Source of the DNA: Candidatus Latescibacterota bacterium
GTDB lineage: Bacteria; Latescibacterota; UBA2968; GCA-2709665
Assembly (NCBI GenBank): GCA_963662665.2
Contig: CAXXJS010000030.1
Coordinates: forward strand, 64,001-128,000
Direction of reading: 5' to 3'
Length of the DNA stretch: 64,000 nucleotides
The notes under the pieces are model-generated. The model searched no databases, was not told where the DNA came from, and was given only the letters and a program-made list of their open reading frames with translations. Shown here piece after piece: positions 37,767 through 48,041 of the stretch. A program made the position numbers and the translations under genes. Position 1 is the stretch's first letter. Every line of letters begins with the position of its first letter.

Positions 37767-38594
37767 TTACGAGCGTGAGGCGCCGCGGTGCAGAAAGTAG
37801 ACGACGTTTCCCAGCAGGATGAATCCGATGATAACCATATGCGCAACAGACTGCGGGCGCATGCCGCTGACCGCCAGCGCCCGCTTGCCCACCAGAGCTT
37901 CGTATTCCGCAGCGCCCGCAAGCCCTCCGATAAGTCCGTTGAGCTGCCGGGACTGAAGGAAGGGAAAGAAATCGGGCGCCATCACGGCGGTACAACCGGC
38001 CCCAAGGGGAAACCGGTATCGTTCCTGCCCGTACGCGATCCATTCGTCGACGCCGGGATACCCGGCGGCCAGGTCGACCACGTAGTCGAAATCCTTCAGG
38101 GAGAAAAGTTCGCGGGTGAGGGACATTTCGGTGGTGGAAACTCCCCGGATGTCTTCGGGAAACGCGGCGTGCAGATCCTGCCCCATGTTCAGGATAAGGA
38201 TCGGGCCGCCGGCCTTGAACCCGAGGAATGCATAGTCAGTACCGTTAACCCGTCCGTATTCTTCGGCCGCCGTATCAAACGCCTGCATCGCGAGCCCCAC
38301 GGCCTCGGTGATGAGGGTCACGCCCACAACACGGATGTTCCGGCTGAAGCAGTGTCGCAGAATGGCGAGGGCCATGGGCTGAAGTTCCGGTTGCGAACTC
38401 GGGCCGTAGTCGAAGGAGATGAGTACGACGGCATCCGGCTTTCCGGCCAGGCTCTCCACGGTGTCGTAAACCGCGCGCACGTTGGGCGTGGCTTTGATGG
38501 GCAGTTCGAAGCCGATAAGCAGCGGAATACACACCGCCAGAAATACGGCCAGGTAGATGATGCGACGGTCGATGTTCAGAAGGCGCTCGATCAT
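37767..38594 (-). CDS. Uncharacterised membrane-anchored protein with a soluble alpha/beta domain
   Basis: 275 aa from MIERLL; ATGA overlap with the upstream gene; FDYGPSSQPELQP, GLIGGLAGAAEYE; TM segments at both ends. Confidence 0.8.
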   Translation of the reverse strand: MIERLLNIDRRIIYLAVFLAVCIPLLIGFELPIKATPNVRAVYDTVESLAGKPDAVVLISFDYGPSSQPELQPMALAILRHCFSRNIRVVGVTLITEAVGLAMQAFDTAAEEYGRVNGTDYAFLGFKAGGPILILNMGQDLHAAFPEDIRGVSTTEMSLTRELFSLKDFDYVVDLAAGYPGVDEWIAYGQERYRFPLGAGCTAVMAPDFFPFLQSRQLNGLIGGLAGAAEYEALVGKRALAVSGMRPQSVAHMVIIGFILLGNVVYFLHRGASRS

Positions 38595-39247
38595 TGTCCT
38601 TCCTCTCCTAAATAGGACCTTTCGATGCCGAAGATGATGCGCAGGGCCGTGGCGATGGCGCCGAGGCTCACGCCCAGCAGGATGCCGCGGCGGGCGGCCA
38701 GGTTGGGTGTGGCCATCAGCCACTGGGAGATCGTGGGCAGGTGTTCCGAGATGAGGGCGCCGATGGGAACCCGGCCCAGCATGACGAGCAAGGCGGCAAC
38801 AAGCAGCACAACGGCCTCGACCGAACGCGCGCGAAAGGTGCGGTAGGCGGCCGAAGCGATAAAGAAGGCGAGGAGAGAGAACATGGTGGCCCCGCCAGCC
38901 ACGTGGATGTGTGTATACATCCAGTTCAGGTCCAGGCCGTCGCCCTGTGCCATTGCCTGAAGGGGTCCACGTCCGTGGTTGTAGACAGCCAGCAACGCCG
39001 TGACGATAAATCCGACGAACACGACTGCGCTGAACGCCCACCCGGCCTGTTTGCGCTTCACCCGGTTCCAATGCATCTGCAACAGGCTGTGAATACCGAG
39101 GAACAGGGCGAAGGCGGCGATGATCCGGTACCAGGTGGAGGTTGTGATCTCAACCGGCTGGGCCACGGGAATATAGTAGGTGAAAATGCCGATGACACCG
39201 GCTGTAAAGGCCACGAGCAGCGGCAGGGAGCGTTGGAGGAAATACAT
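38591..39247 (-). CDS. Uncharacterised multi-pass membrane protein
   Basis: 218 aa; ATMFSLLAFFIASAAYRTFRARS, RGILLGVSLG, GIERSYLG. Confidence 0.82.
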   Translation of the reverse strand: MYFLQRSLPLLVAFTAGVIGIFTYYIPVAQPVEITTSTWYRIIAAFALFLGIHSLLQMHWNRVKRKQAGWAFSAVVFVGFIVTALLAVYNHGRGPLQAMAQGDGLDLNWMYTHIHVAGGATMFSLLAFFIASAAYRTFRARSVEAVVLLVAALLVMLGRVPIGALISEHLPTISQWLMATPNLAARRGILLGVSLGAIATALRIIFGIERSYLGEEGQ

Positions 39248-39330
39248 TCGGGTTTCTCCGCACGAAATGGCTGATGAATGGTGACGTATTTCCGGGACGG
39301 GTCATTGAGATGGACGCTCTAACGACCTTG

Positions 39331-40569
39331 TCATCCCGGGATCGGCCAGAAACCGATTCCGGCCAGTACCGATCCCAGCGTCAGAATGAGGATCAGGATT
39401 CCCTTCCCCAGATCCTGCCCCTTCAGGCTTCCCAGAAGTTTGGGGTCTCTTGATAGATACGCGCTGGCGGCGTAGAGTTCCTCCCCCATCAACGTATAGT
39501 CACAGGTGGTGATAAAGAACGGAAGCTGTGTATAGGCGTCGGTCGCGGCGATCTGGATGGCGCCGGTCGTGGATCCGGTCTCTGCCAGGAGCAGGGCTTC
39601 CGCGTAGAAATATCCCATTAGTAGATTGGCTGCCGGCTTCTCCCGGACCATCAGGCCCTCCAGCGCGGCCGCGTAGCTGAACTGATCGGCGGCCGCCAGA
39701 AAGACGTTGTCCGGATTGAACGCGTCGGGTCGCCCGGCCTCGATGCAGGATTCCTTGACCACTTCCTGGCTCACGGACATGACAATCGGGTCCCGGTTGC
39801 CCACCTTGAGCAGCGTATCGTATTCGGCGGTTCTTTTCGCCACCTGGCCGAGAATATTCACGGCGGCAATGGTGGAGGGACTGCCCATGTCCTGCAGACC
39901 GTGGATGAAAAGCACTGGTTTTCCCATTTCGGTTGCCCGGCCGAGTGCTTCGTCCAGAGCGTCCAGACCGGCCAGCCGGCGGATATAGAGGTTCTTGCGT
40001 CGGGCAATCCGGATATAGACGAGGATCATTATGGAAAAGAGTGCGGCCAGTGCGAAATTTGGGAGCTTGGTCCAGTTGAAAAAGTTGCCGCGAGCCTGCG
40101 TCTCGACAACCGTGTGGCCCGCGCCGTGGACTCCGAGACGAATGAAATAGGGCCGGTTGTTCTCAATCCTGATGCGGTCCCGTTTGTCAGGAACGCGGTA
40201 GGACTCGATGTGGACGAAGTGACGGTTGCGGCTTTCCTCCCCCCTTCCGAACGTAGCCGGTTCGTCGGCCATCGTGGGAGCCGTTTTCGGATCCAGTTCC
40301 GCGATGTTATAAAATACGCCGTCCGCCGATTGGGAGATGCCGATACGATAGCGGGCGCTGTCCGGCAGGAAGTCGTTTCGGCGCCAGGTGAGCGTGATGC
40401 TGTGACCCTGGTCGTTGGGCGTGTCGAACGCCCGAACGTCGGCGGGTACCTGATCCGCCGCGGCGGGCGCGGCGGCGATGACAAGAGCGTAGAGTAAGAA
40501 TAGATGCGCCATTTCGGGTCTCCAGGCGGTCTTTTCAGGCCCGCCGGATTTAAGACTGCTTCTTATCAC
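39331..40569 (-). CDS. Membrane protein with N-terminal Fn3-like domain and C-terminal DUF6754-like domain
   Basis: Signal-like N-terminus; AFDTPNDQGHSITLTW; IRRLAGLDALDEALGRATEMGKP; DYTLMGEELYAASAYLS. Confidence 0.75.
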   Translation of the reverse strand: MIRSSLKSGGPEKTAWRPEMAHLFLLYALVIAAAPAAADQVPADVRAFDTPNDQGHSITLTWRRNDFLPDSARYRIGISQSADGVFYNIAELDPKTAPTMADEPATFGRGEESRNRHFVHIESYRVPDKRDRIRIENNRPYFIRLGVHGAGHTVVETQARGNFFNWTKLPNFALAALFSIMILVYIRIARRKNLYIRRLAGLDALDEALGRATEMGKPVLFIHGLQDMGSPSTIAAVNILGQVAKRTAEYDTLLKVGNRDPIVMSVSQEVVKESCIEAGRPDAFNPDNVFLAAADQFSYAAALEGLMVREKPAANLLMGYFYAEALLLAETGSTTGAIQIAATDAYTQLPFFITTCDYTLMGEELYAASAYLSRDPKLLGSLKGQDLGKGILILILTLGSVLAGIGFWPIPG

Positions 40570-41687
40570 GCTTCGATCCTTTCGGCGTTTGCGCGCGGTA
40601 TCACCGCCTGTTGTCCGTTCTCGAACCTGACTTCCAGGACGCGTACCCGGATTTCCGATTCGACGGCTGCCAGTTCGGAAGGCAGAGCCGTGATCACGCC
40701 GGTCTTTCCAAAATAGGGCGCCCGGATCGTCCGGATCGGGTCTCCGATGGAAAGGCCTTCCAGATCGGCTGAATCCTCGGACACGGTGGAAACTCGCGGG
40801 TCCGGAACGATGATTTCCGGACGAAGCACGCCGGCACGGATCTGGGTTGCGCCCGAGATCGAGGCCTCGTTGCCGTTCCTTTCGTTCAGGATGTCGAAGG
40901 TCTTCCGGGCCATCGCGATGTCGCCGAATCCTTCGGTGACCACGACGGTGAGGCCGATGTCCTCGGTGCCGGTAATGGCGACGCCGAGGTCGTAACCAAG
41001 CAGGTTCCGCAGGTCGTGGTCGCGAATGCCTCCGCCAATGAGGCCGGCCACGCCGATTTCCGCTGCGCGCCTGATGAGATCCAGGGTAACGAGGCCCCCG
41101 GCGACGAGAATCTTCCCTGCGCAGGACGCGTCGATCCGATCTTCCGGGAGCCGCTCGTCGGGGGTTGCGGCAAGCGTATGGATCGGACCCCAGCTTTCGC
41201 CGCCAATGCCGAAAATACCCTGAAGAAAGGCGCCCGCGGTTTCAATTACGACCCCTTCGCCTGGTATGGTTTCCACGACGTCACCGTCCACGTATGCCCG
41301 TACCTGAACGGGACGCGGTGGGCCGCGCAGGATGACCTGACCGGTCACGGGCGATACGCTTTCCACCGTGCCCGTGACGGGCGATTCCACCGTGGTTTTG
41401 AACCACCTGATGAACGGCCTGGTTTCGGCAATGGGTTCCCCGGCCCGGACCGGCTCTCCGTCTTTTTTGAGCATGAGGGTCGGAAGTTCGTTGGGGGTCA
41501 CGCCCAGCCGGTTGACCAGGTTCAGCGGGGTCACGTCGCCCGGAAGATCCGTCCGGGCGACGACCCGGTCGCGCAATACGGATTCACCTTCCGAAACCAG
41601 CACCTCTCCGGCCAGCGGCAACTGGCGAAATTTACGTATGGTGGCCCTGCGGGTAACGCGCAGGCCCGGGGTGTATGTATGCGCCAT
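40566..41687 (-). CDS. Uncharacterised protein with barrel-sandwich-hybrid repeats and a KOW-like C-terminus
   Basis: MAHTYTPGL; VSEGESV..., KKDGEPVRAGEPIA...VESPVTGTV; TQIRAGVLRPE; IGDPIRTIRAPYFGKTG. Confidence 0.75.
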   Translation of the reverse strand: MAHTYTPGLRVTRRATIRKFRQLPLAGEVLVSEGESVLRDRVVARTDLPGDVTPLNLVNRLGVTPNELPTLMLKKDGEPVRAGEPIAETRPFIRWFKTTVESPVTGTVESVSPVTGQVILRGPPRPVQVRAYVDGDVVETIPGEGVVIETAGAFLQGIFGIGGESWGPIHTLAATPDERLPEDRIDASCAGKILVAGGLVTLDLIRRAAEIGVAGLIGGGIRDHDLRNLLGYDLGVAITGTEDIGLTVVVTEGFGDIAMARKTFDILNERNGNEASISGATQIRAGVLRPEIIVPDPRVSTVSEDSADLEGLSIGDPIRTIRAPYFGKTGVITALPSELAAVESEIRVRVLEVRFENGQQAVIPRANAERIEA

Positions 41688-41753
41688 GGCTTCTATTTAA
41701 CGTGGCCGGCATGTCGCGCCGGCGGCTGTTAGGACCTTCGGCGTGTCCCGTTC

Positions 41754-42824
41754 TTAGATTTTCATCTTCGGATCCAGGGCGTCCCTCAGGCCGTCGCCAA
41801 GCAGGTTGTAGAGGGTTACAGTAATAAAAATGGCAAAGCCCGGCACGATGACCAGCCACCAGGCCGCGGTATTGTTCCGGGCGCCCGCAAGGATCGCGCC
41901 CCAGGTGATGGCCTCGGCTGGTACGCCGATGCCGAGAAAGCTGAGGCCGGATTCGGCCAGGATAGCGCCCGCAACCCCGAACGCCGCCGGTATGAGTACT
42001 GGCGCGATGGCGTTGGGCAGAATGTGGATGAACATGATCCGGCCGCTGGAATATCCCAGGCTCTTCGCCGCCGAAACAAAGTCGTAGCTTCTCACCTGCA
42101 GGAATTGCGACCGCGTGAGCCGGGCAATTCCGACCCATCCTGTAAAGCCGAGGATAATCATCACGAAAAAAAGGCTGGGCGGGAAAAACGCGGCGACCGT
42201 GATGATCAGAAAGAGGGCGGGTATGGCGGCCCAGAGCTCAAACAAGCGGGAAAGAATCAGATCGGGCCAGCCCCCGAAATAGCCAGCCAACGCGCCAAGC
42301 GAGACGCCGATGATCATTGAAATCGCCACCGAAATCAGCCCGATCGTGAGCGCGTAACGGGTTCCGTGGATCAGCCCTGAAAGTACGTCGCGACCCAGGC
42401 GATCGGTGCCGAGAAAGTGGGTCGTGCCGGGCGGTTCGTATTTCTCGCCCAGATTTACGTCGCTGGGGCCATAGGGGACGGGCGGGAAAATGGCGTATTC
42501 GGACCTGAGGCGTTTGAAATTCCTCCGTCTCCTGAGTGGTTCCGGCCAATCTGCCACTCCGAGATAGACGGCGTACTGACGAAAAGCGGGGAAATAGGTC
42601 TTGCCCCTGTATTTCATATAGAAGGGCTTGTTGCCGGCCAGGAAATCCGCGAACATCGCCGTGAGCGCAAGAACGCCGATCGCCGCCAGGCTGAAGAGTG
42701 CGGGGCGGTTTTTTCTGAACTGCCGCCAGACAAGCTTCGAATAGGTCTGGCTCTCCTGGACTGCCTCGGATTCGGGCGTTCCAGCGTCCGCTTCAGTCAG
42801 GTCGCGCTTGGGAGTGGCGGCCAT
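41754..42824 (-). CDS. oppC: Oligopeptide ABC transporter permease
   Basis: HFLGTDRLGRD, AAKSLG...HILPN, NLLGDGLRDALDP. Confidence 0.92.
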   Translation of the reverse strand: MAATPKRDLTEADAGTPESEAVQESQTYSKLVWRQFRKNRPALFSLAAIGVLALTAMFADFLAGNKPFYMKYRGKTYFPAFRQYAVYLGVADWPEPLRRRRNFKRLRSEYAIFPPVPYGPSDVNLGEKYEPPGTTHFLGTDRLGRDVLSGLIHGTRYALTIGLISVAISMIIGVSLGALAGYFGGWPDLILSRLFELWAAIPALFLIITVAAFFPPSLFFVMIILGFTGWVGIARLTRSQFLQVRSYDFVSAAKSLGYSSGRIMFIHILPNAIAPVLIPAAFGVAGAILAESGLSFLGIGVPAEAITWGAILAGARNNTAAWWLVIVPGFAIFITVTLYNLLGDGLRDALDPKMKI

Positions 42825-43023
42825 TAATTCACCTTGATGCGAAATTCTTCGAGGAAGTAAAACCGAATATATGCAAGTAGATAAAGGCGATTTGACTTCA
42901 GATTAGCAGGATACACCAGGTCGCTGGACGTGGACTGAAAAAACGTCCTTTTTGACGACCGTTACGCCCCGTTTCAGGGGTTTTCGTCGCGTCGCCGAGT
43001 TGCTGTTTTTCTCGAATTGGGGT

Positions 43024-44325
43024 TCATCCCTGCAGACGAGAAAATTCGATTCGCGGATCCACGACTTTCAGAAGGATGTCCGCCAGCAGAATGCCAAGCA
43101 ACGAGAGAAACGACCCGATGGTCAGAATGGCCATAACCATGGGATAATCGCGTACGAGTACGGATTGAACGCCCAGAAAGCCCAGGCCCGGTATGGTGAA
43201 AATGGTTTCTATAAAGACCGAGCCGGCAATCATTGCCGGAAGCAGATTCGCCAGAATGGTGACGATGGGGATCAGGGAGTTGCGGAACACGTGCCTTAGA
43301 ATTACGACTTTTTCGGGCAGCCCCTTCGCCCGCGCGGTGCGCACGTAGTCCAGCCGGAGGTTCTCCAGCATGCTGGTGCGCATAAAACGTGACAGGCCCG
43401 CGAAGCTGGCATAGCTGGAGGCCAGTACCGGCATGGCCATGTGGTGGGCGTGATCGGTTAACAACCGCCAGAAGCTCCAGTCGGAGGAGGCGTTCAGGGA
43501 CTGGATGCCGGAGGCTGGAAACCAGTATAGGAATTCCTTGTTGCAGAAAAACACGATGAGCAGCATGCCAACCCAGAACGATGGCATGGACCACAGGATG
43601 AAGGTTCCCGTGGTGAGCGTGCGATCGGTCCGGGTGTCCTGTTTGACGGCCAGCCAGATACCCAGCGGAAGTCCGATGACATAGGCGATGATCAGGCTGA
43701 TGACGTTGATTTCAATGGTGATGGGCACCCGCGCCATGATATGGGAGATGACCGGCTGCTGATCTTTGAAGGATCGACCGAAATTGAGCGTGACAAAGCG
43801 CCGATCGAAGATATGGAAGAGCAGCAGACCGGCGCCGTTATACTCGTAGTTATTCCGGAGTTTGACTGTTTTGCTCTCCCAGAAAGAGGAAAGGACGAGC
43901 GCTTCCGCCTCGTCCGGGTGATATTTTTCGAAACTTCGAAGGAATCGGGCTTTCCGCGCCTCGTATTCCAGTGCTGCCAACTCTCTTCGCTCGTCCTGGT
44001 CCAGGTTCGCGAGAAAAAGGTCGACGCGCCGGCCCATACGTTCGAAATTGTTCAGCGGCTCCACGTGAAGAATCAGATTCGATAACCAGGTCAGGTACTG
44101 GACGTGCAGCGGCTTGTCCAGGCCGAGCTGACGACGAAGTTCCTCGCGTGTTTTCTCAAAGTCCGACTTCCGGTCCGTGGAGATGCCCTCCTCTCCCGCC
44201 ATGCCGCCGAGGAAAAAGTCCACCGGGTCTCCCGGCGCGAGGTGCATGATAAGAAACGAGATGAGCGTGATGCCGATCATCGTCGGGATCATCAGCAGGC
44301 TGCGCTGCAGGATGTATTGAATCAT
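43024..44325 (-). CDS. oppB: Oligopeptide ABC transporter permease with a large insertion
   Basis: LAPGDP, LGLDKPLHVQY, DYVRTARAKGL, RHVFRNS, ILLKVVDPRI. Confidence 0.9.
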   Translation of the reverse strand: MIQYILQRSLLMIPTMIGITLISFLIMHLAPGDPVDFFLGGMAGEEGISTDRKSDFEKTREELRRQLGLDKPLHVQYLTWLSNLILHVEPLNNFERMGRRVDLFLANLDQDERRELAALEYEARKARFLRSFEKYHPDEAEALVLSSFWESKTVKLRNNYEYNGAGLLLFHIFDRRFVTLNFGRSFKDQQPVISHIMARVPITIEINVISLIIAYVIGLPLGIWLAVKQDTRTDRTLTTGTFILWSMPSFWVGMLLIVFFCNKEFLYWFPASGIQSLNASSDWSFWRLLTDHAHHMAMPVLASSYASFAGLSRFMRTSMLENLRLDYVRTARAKGLPEKVVILRHVFRNSLIPIVTILANLLPAMIAGSVFIETIFTIPGLGFLGVQSVLVRDYPMVMAILTIGSFLSLLGILLADILLKVVDPRIEFSRLQG

Positions 44326-44404
44326 CTGGCTTCAGGCCTCTGCGTACGGACGTCGCTTGATTGCGTATCGCGAAAAGGTCCGGTTTTTCCCTGCCGCCGT
44401 GGTT

Positions 44405-46246
44405 TCATTGATACAACCGGTTGCCCGCGCCCACCCACCATTCCTGGGTGTCCGCGCCAATGGCATACCAGTTATCACCCACGAAACGCCTGTTGTAGGA
44501 TATGGCGTTGCGGGACTTCCAGAGGAACGTATATGGCTGTTCGTCGTAAAGGATTTTCTGGAATCGCCGGTACAGTTGAACGCGCTTGTCCATATCGAAT
44601 TCCCGGCGGTAGGTTTCCAGGATGCCGTCGACTTCCTCGTTCTTGAAACCGATGTAGTTCGAACCCTGGCCCTCGGCCTGTGACGAGTGCCAGATCTGGT
44701 ACGAATCCGGCGGAAGGCGTAGGCTGCCCGTCCACCCGAGGGTACAGGCGGCGAAATCCTTTTTGCGTACCACCCGGTCCAGAAATATGGTCCAGTCGAG
44801 TTCGCGGACCTCGCAGGCGATTCCGATGTCTTGAAGTTCGTACTGTAGTGCCAGGGCGATGTCTTTACGAAGCTGGTTGCCTGAATTGACCAGGAATTCA
44901 AACTTGAAGGGCATCTTCTCGCCGTCGACGTCCTTATCCAGGATGCCGTCGTTGTCGCTATCTGCCCAGCCGGCCTCCTCCAGAAGGACGAGCGCTCTGT
45001 CGGGATCGTACGGGTGGGGTTCGAGGCTGTGGTTGTATTCGGGCCGGAATTTGTGAATGGGCCCCTCAACGGTTTCCGCCAGACCGAACATGAGGTTCAA
45101 TACCATGCTCTCGCGGTCGGTGAGGTACGTCATGGCTTTGCGGACGCGCTTGTCACGAAAGATGGGGTGCGCGTTATTCCAGCCTATATACACGTACCCC
45201 GAAGAATATACCACGCTCTTCTTGAATCGGTCCATAAAGTCCGGAGACCAGCTCTTGTCCTTGAATTGCAGGGGTCTGAGCCCGAAGTAGTCGATGTTCC
45301 CGTTCGTGAGTTCGATGAACGCGGCCTCCTGGTCGTTCACGATCTTGAAGACGACTTTTTCCACGTATCCCTTGTGCATCAGATCCGCGCGGTCCATTCC
45401 CCAGTAGTTGTGGTTCCGGGTAAGGATAACCTTCTGCCCCGTGACCACGTCGTCTTCCCACTTTTCTACGAGATAGGGGCCGGAACCGAGCATTTTTCGG
45501 TGGTATCCGGTGTTGAATTTCTCGGCAAACTGCTGAACGCGTTCGGCATGCGGCCCGGTTTCCCAGGTTCCGTCGATCAGGCTGCTTGCATCGACAGGAT
45601 CAAGCAGGCCGTCCGGGTCGTAGAAATGTCTGGGGAGAATCTGCAGGCTGCCCAGGGAGATGTTGTTCCGGAAGTAGGGTTCCCGGCAGATGAAGCTGAT
45701 TCTGTATTTACCCTCCTGCCGGACGTCACTGATGGCCGAGTAATAATTGCGGAGCGACGCGGCAAGAACCTTCGGGTTCTTTATGACCTTTATGCTGAAG
45801 AGGACGTCGTTTGCCGACAGCGGCTTGCCGTCGGCGAAATAAACGTCGTCGCGCAGGTCGAAGGTATAGGTGAGCTTGTCTTCGGATACCGCGGGAGGTC
45901 CCTTTGCAATCAACCCTCTGAGTTTATAGGGTGACTCGTTCTCCAGGTCGAGGAGGGATTCGAAGACGTACTGATGAACCGCTGATGCGCCGGAGTCATT
46001 GGAGACGTAGGGGTTGAAATTCTCCGGATCCGACAGGAAGTGGCGGACCATCCAGTCGCCGTATTGCGGTTTGTCGTCGCCGGAGTACATGGCAGGCACC
46101 CTGTCGGTTCCATCCAGTACGATCGCAGGGGCTTCCCTTGTATCAATCAGCGTTCTCTGAACCTTCTGCCATGGGGTCTCGCCATTGCAGGCCGCCGTTA
46201 AGACACAAAACAGCCCCAGGACTGCAATTCCGCGCCCGTTACCCAT
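44405..46246 (-). CDS. oppA: Peptide-binding lipoprotein (solute-binding family 5)
   Basis: Lipobox LTAAC; YTFDLRDDVYFADGKP, GSGPY, DKRVRKAM, NYIGFKN. Confidence 0.9.
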   Translation of the reverse strand: MGNGRGIAVLGLFCVLTAACNGETPWQKVQRTLIDTREAPAIVLDGTDRVPAMYSGDDKPQYGDWMVRHFLSDPENFNPYVSNDSGASAVHQYVFESLLDLENESPYKLRGLIAKGPPAVSEDKLTYTFDLRDDVYFADGKPLSANDVLFSIKVIKNPKVLAASLRNYYSAISDVRQEGKYRISFICREPYFRNNISLGSLQILPRHFYDPDGLLDPVDASSLIDGTWETGPHAERVQQFAEKFNTGYHRKMLGSGPYLVEKWEDDVVTGQKVILTRNHNYWGMDRADLMHKGYVEKVVFKIVNDQEAAFIELTNGNIDYFGLRPLQFKDKSWSPDFMDRFKKSVVYSSGYVYIGWNNAHPIFRDKRVRKAMTYLTDRESMVLNLMFGLAETVEGPIHKFRPEYNHSLEPHPYDPDRALVLLEEAGWADSDNDGILDKDVDGEKMPFKFEFLVNSGNQLRKDIALALQYELQDIGIACEVRELDWTIFLDRVVRKKDFAACTLGWTGSLRLPPDSYQIWHSSQAEGQGSNYIGFKNEEVDGILETYRREFDMDKRVQLYRRFQKILYDEQPYTFLWKSRNAISYNRRFVGDNWYAIGADTQEWWVGAGNRLYQ

Positions 46247-48041
46247 CGTTCGTCTCCTTGTGCCGGGGATAGAGGTCCAATGCCCTGTTCCAGGCGGCAA
46301 TCCGCCCGGCCCGATCCGTGTCTGAAAATGGAATCGGTCGGCCGCGTCCGTCCAGAATCAGACCGGCCACGCCACCCTTCACGGTCTGGCGAATCGTCTG
46401 GCCCGGTCCGGCCCCGGCATTCCAGCCGGATTCGGGATGCAGCGTGACGGCGGCCTCCTGGTCAGGGTTTACGTTGAACAATTGAAGCGCCCCGACTTTC
46501 AGTTCCCCGGCCCTTGTGCTGCCGGCAAGGCCGATTTCATACGCTGCGCAGACTTCACCCGGTTTTCCCTGTCCGGCAGGGGCAACGCAGGTTCCCAGGT
46601 CGACCAGGCAGTCCCGTTCGAAAACTTCGGCGGCGGCCGGTTCGTTGACGCTTGTCAGGACACCCAGGTGGGGCATCATAAAGATGCTGTCAACGGCCAA
46701 TCGCGTAAATCCCTGGGGCTGGAAAGCGTCGATGAGCATGGCAGCCGACTGCGCGCGCCGGGGCGCGTGGGAGAGAACGCCGCCGCTGCCCACCAGCAGG
46801 TCCAGGTCCGGCATATGAATGAGACTCTCGCCGGTACCGCTCTGGTCGAAAGCGTCGGAGAGGGTACGTTCCGTCTGCACGCCCTTGAGGCCCACGGCAA
46901 GGGCCCTGTGCTGCTCGAACGCGAGGCGCAATGCCTCGCGGGCGAGGGCCTGTTCGAGTTGGAGTTCCTCCAGCGTCTGAGGGACGGTCGTTGGACGGAT
47001 CATCTTGTTCTTGACGCGGTCCCTGAGGTCGGCCTCTTCGATTTCGAAAGGTACCCAGCGCATCACGTTGGCCAGACCGGCCTCGGCCAGCACGTTGGAG
47101 ACGCTGTACGACATGCCCAGATTCGCGCTTACGGTACGGTTGAACAACTCGCCGAAGACGCTGAAGACGTCGGTGGTCGCCCCGCCGATATCCACACCCA
47201 AGACGTTGATGTTCCGGCGACGGGCCACGGTCTGAATGAGCAGGCCGACCGCGCCGGGGGTGGGCATAATGGGCGCGCCCGCCCATTCCATCAGTTTGGG
47301 GTACCCGGGCGCCTGCGCCATCACGTGTTCCAGAAAAAGGTCGTGGATGACCTGGCGCGCCGGTCCCAGGTTTTCGCGTTCGAGCTGGGGGCGGATATTG
47401 TCCGTGAGTTTCAGTGCGGTTTTTTCGCTCAGGACCTGCCGGACATTCTGGCGGGCGTCTTTGTTTCCTGCATAGATCACGGGCAGCCGGAAGCCGGCGC
47501 CGAACCTGGGTCTGGGGTCCGCCGCGGCGATGAACTCGGCGAGTTCCACCACGTGACTGACGGTTCCGCCGTCGGTTCCGCCGGAGAGAAGCACCATGTC
47601 CGGTCTCAAATGGCGGATGCGTTCGACCTTCTGGTGCGGCAGACGGCCGTCGTTGGATGCAAGCACGTCCATCACGATGGCCCCCGCGCCAAGGGCCGCT
47701 CGCTGGGCGCTTTCGCCGGTCATTGCCTGGACAACGCCGCCCACCATCATCTGGAGGCCGCCTCCGGCGCTGCTGGTGGACACGTAGATGTCAACACCGC
47801 GGCCTTCTGAGGCGGGCGTGATAATGCGTTCGCCGTCCAGGATGGCCCGTCCGGAGAGTTCTTCAACTTCCTGGATGGCGTTGAGCACGCCGCGAGTGAC
47901 GTCTTCAAAAGGTGCTTCGACCGTGGTGGGCGCCTCGCCGCGAGAGGTTTGCCTGTAGCACGCCCCCTTTTTTTCAATAAGGATTGCCTTCGTTGTCGTG
48001 CTGCCGCAGTCCGTCGCGATAATGACGTCAGGTCTATCCAT
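46239..48041 (-). CDS. GlmL/MutL (glutamate mutase L)-like ASKHA-fold ATPase
   Basis: TDCGSTTTK, SSAGGGL, GGTDGG, MPTPGAV, VDIGGATTDVFS, RTVSANLGMSYS, GSGGVLSHAP. Confidence 0.8.
   Translation of the reverse strand: MDRPDVIIATDCGSTTTKAILIEKKGACYRQTSRGEAPTTVEAPFEDVTRGVLNAIQEVEELSGRAILDGERIITPASEGRGVDIYVSTSSAGGGLQMMVGGVVQAMTGESAQRAALGAGAIVMDVLASNDGRLPHQKVERIRHLRPDMVLLSGGTDGGTVSHVVELAEFIAAADPRPRFGAGFRLPVIYAGNKDARQNVRQVLSEKTALKLTDNIRPQLERENLGPARQVIHDLFLEHVMAQAPGYPKLMEWAGAPIMPTPGAVGLLIQTVARRRNINVLGVDIGGATTDVFSVFGELFNRTVSANLGMSYSVSNVLAEAGLANVMRWVPFEIEEADLRDRVKNKMIRPTTVPQTLEELQLEQALAREALRLAFEQHRALAVGLKGVQTERTLSDAFDQSGTGESLIHMPDLDLLVGSGGVLSHAPRRAQSAAMLIDAFQPQGFTRLAVDSIFMMPHLGVLTSVNEPAAAEVFERDCLVDLGTCVAPAGQGKPGEVCAAYEIGLAGSTRAGELKVGALQLFNVNPDQEAAVTLHPESGWNAGAGPGQTIRQTVKGGVAGLILDGRGRPIPFSDTDRAGRIAAWNRALDLYPRHKETNDG

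Noticed and set aside
46239-48041. Calling this the DNA mismatch repair gene mutL or a glutamate mutase operon
   Set aside because: Motifs are ASKHA-type GlmL, not GHKL MutL, and no B12-binding or catalytic mutase subunits are present
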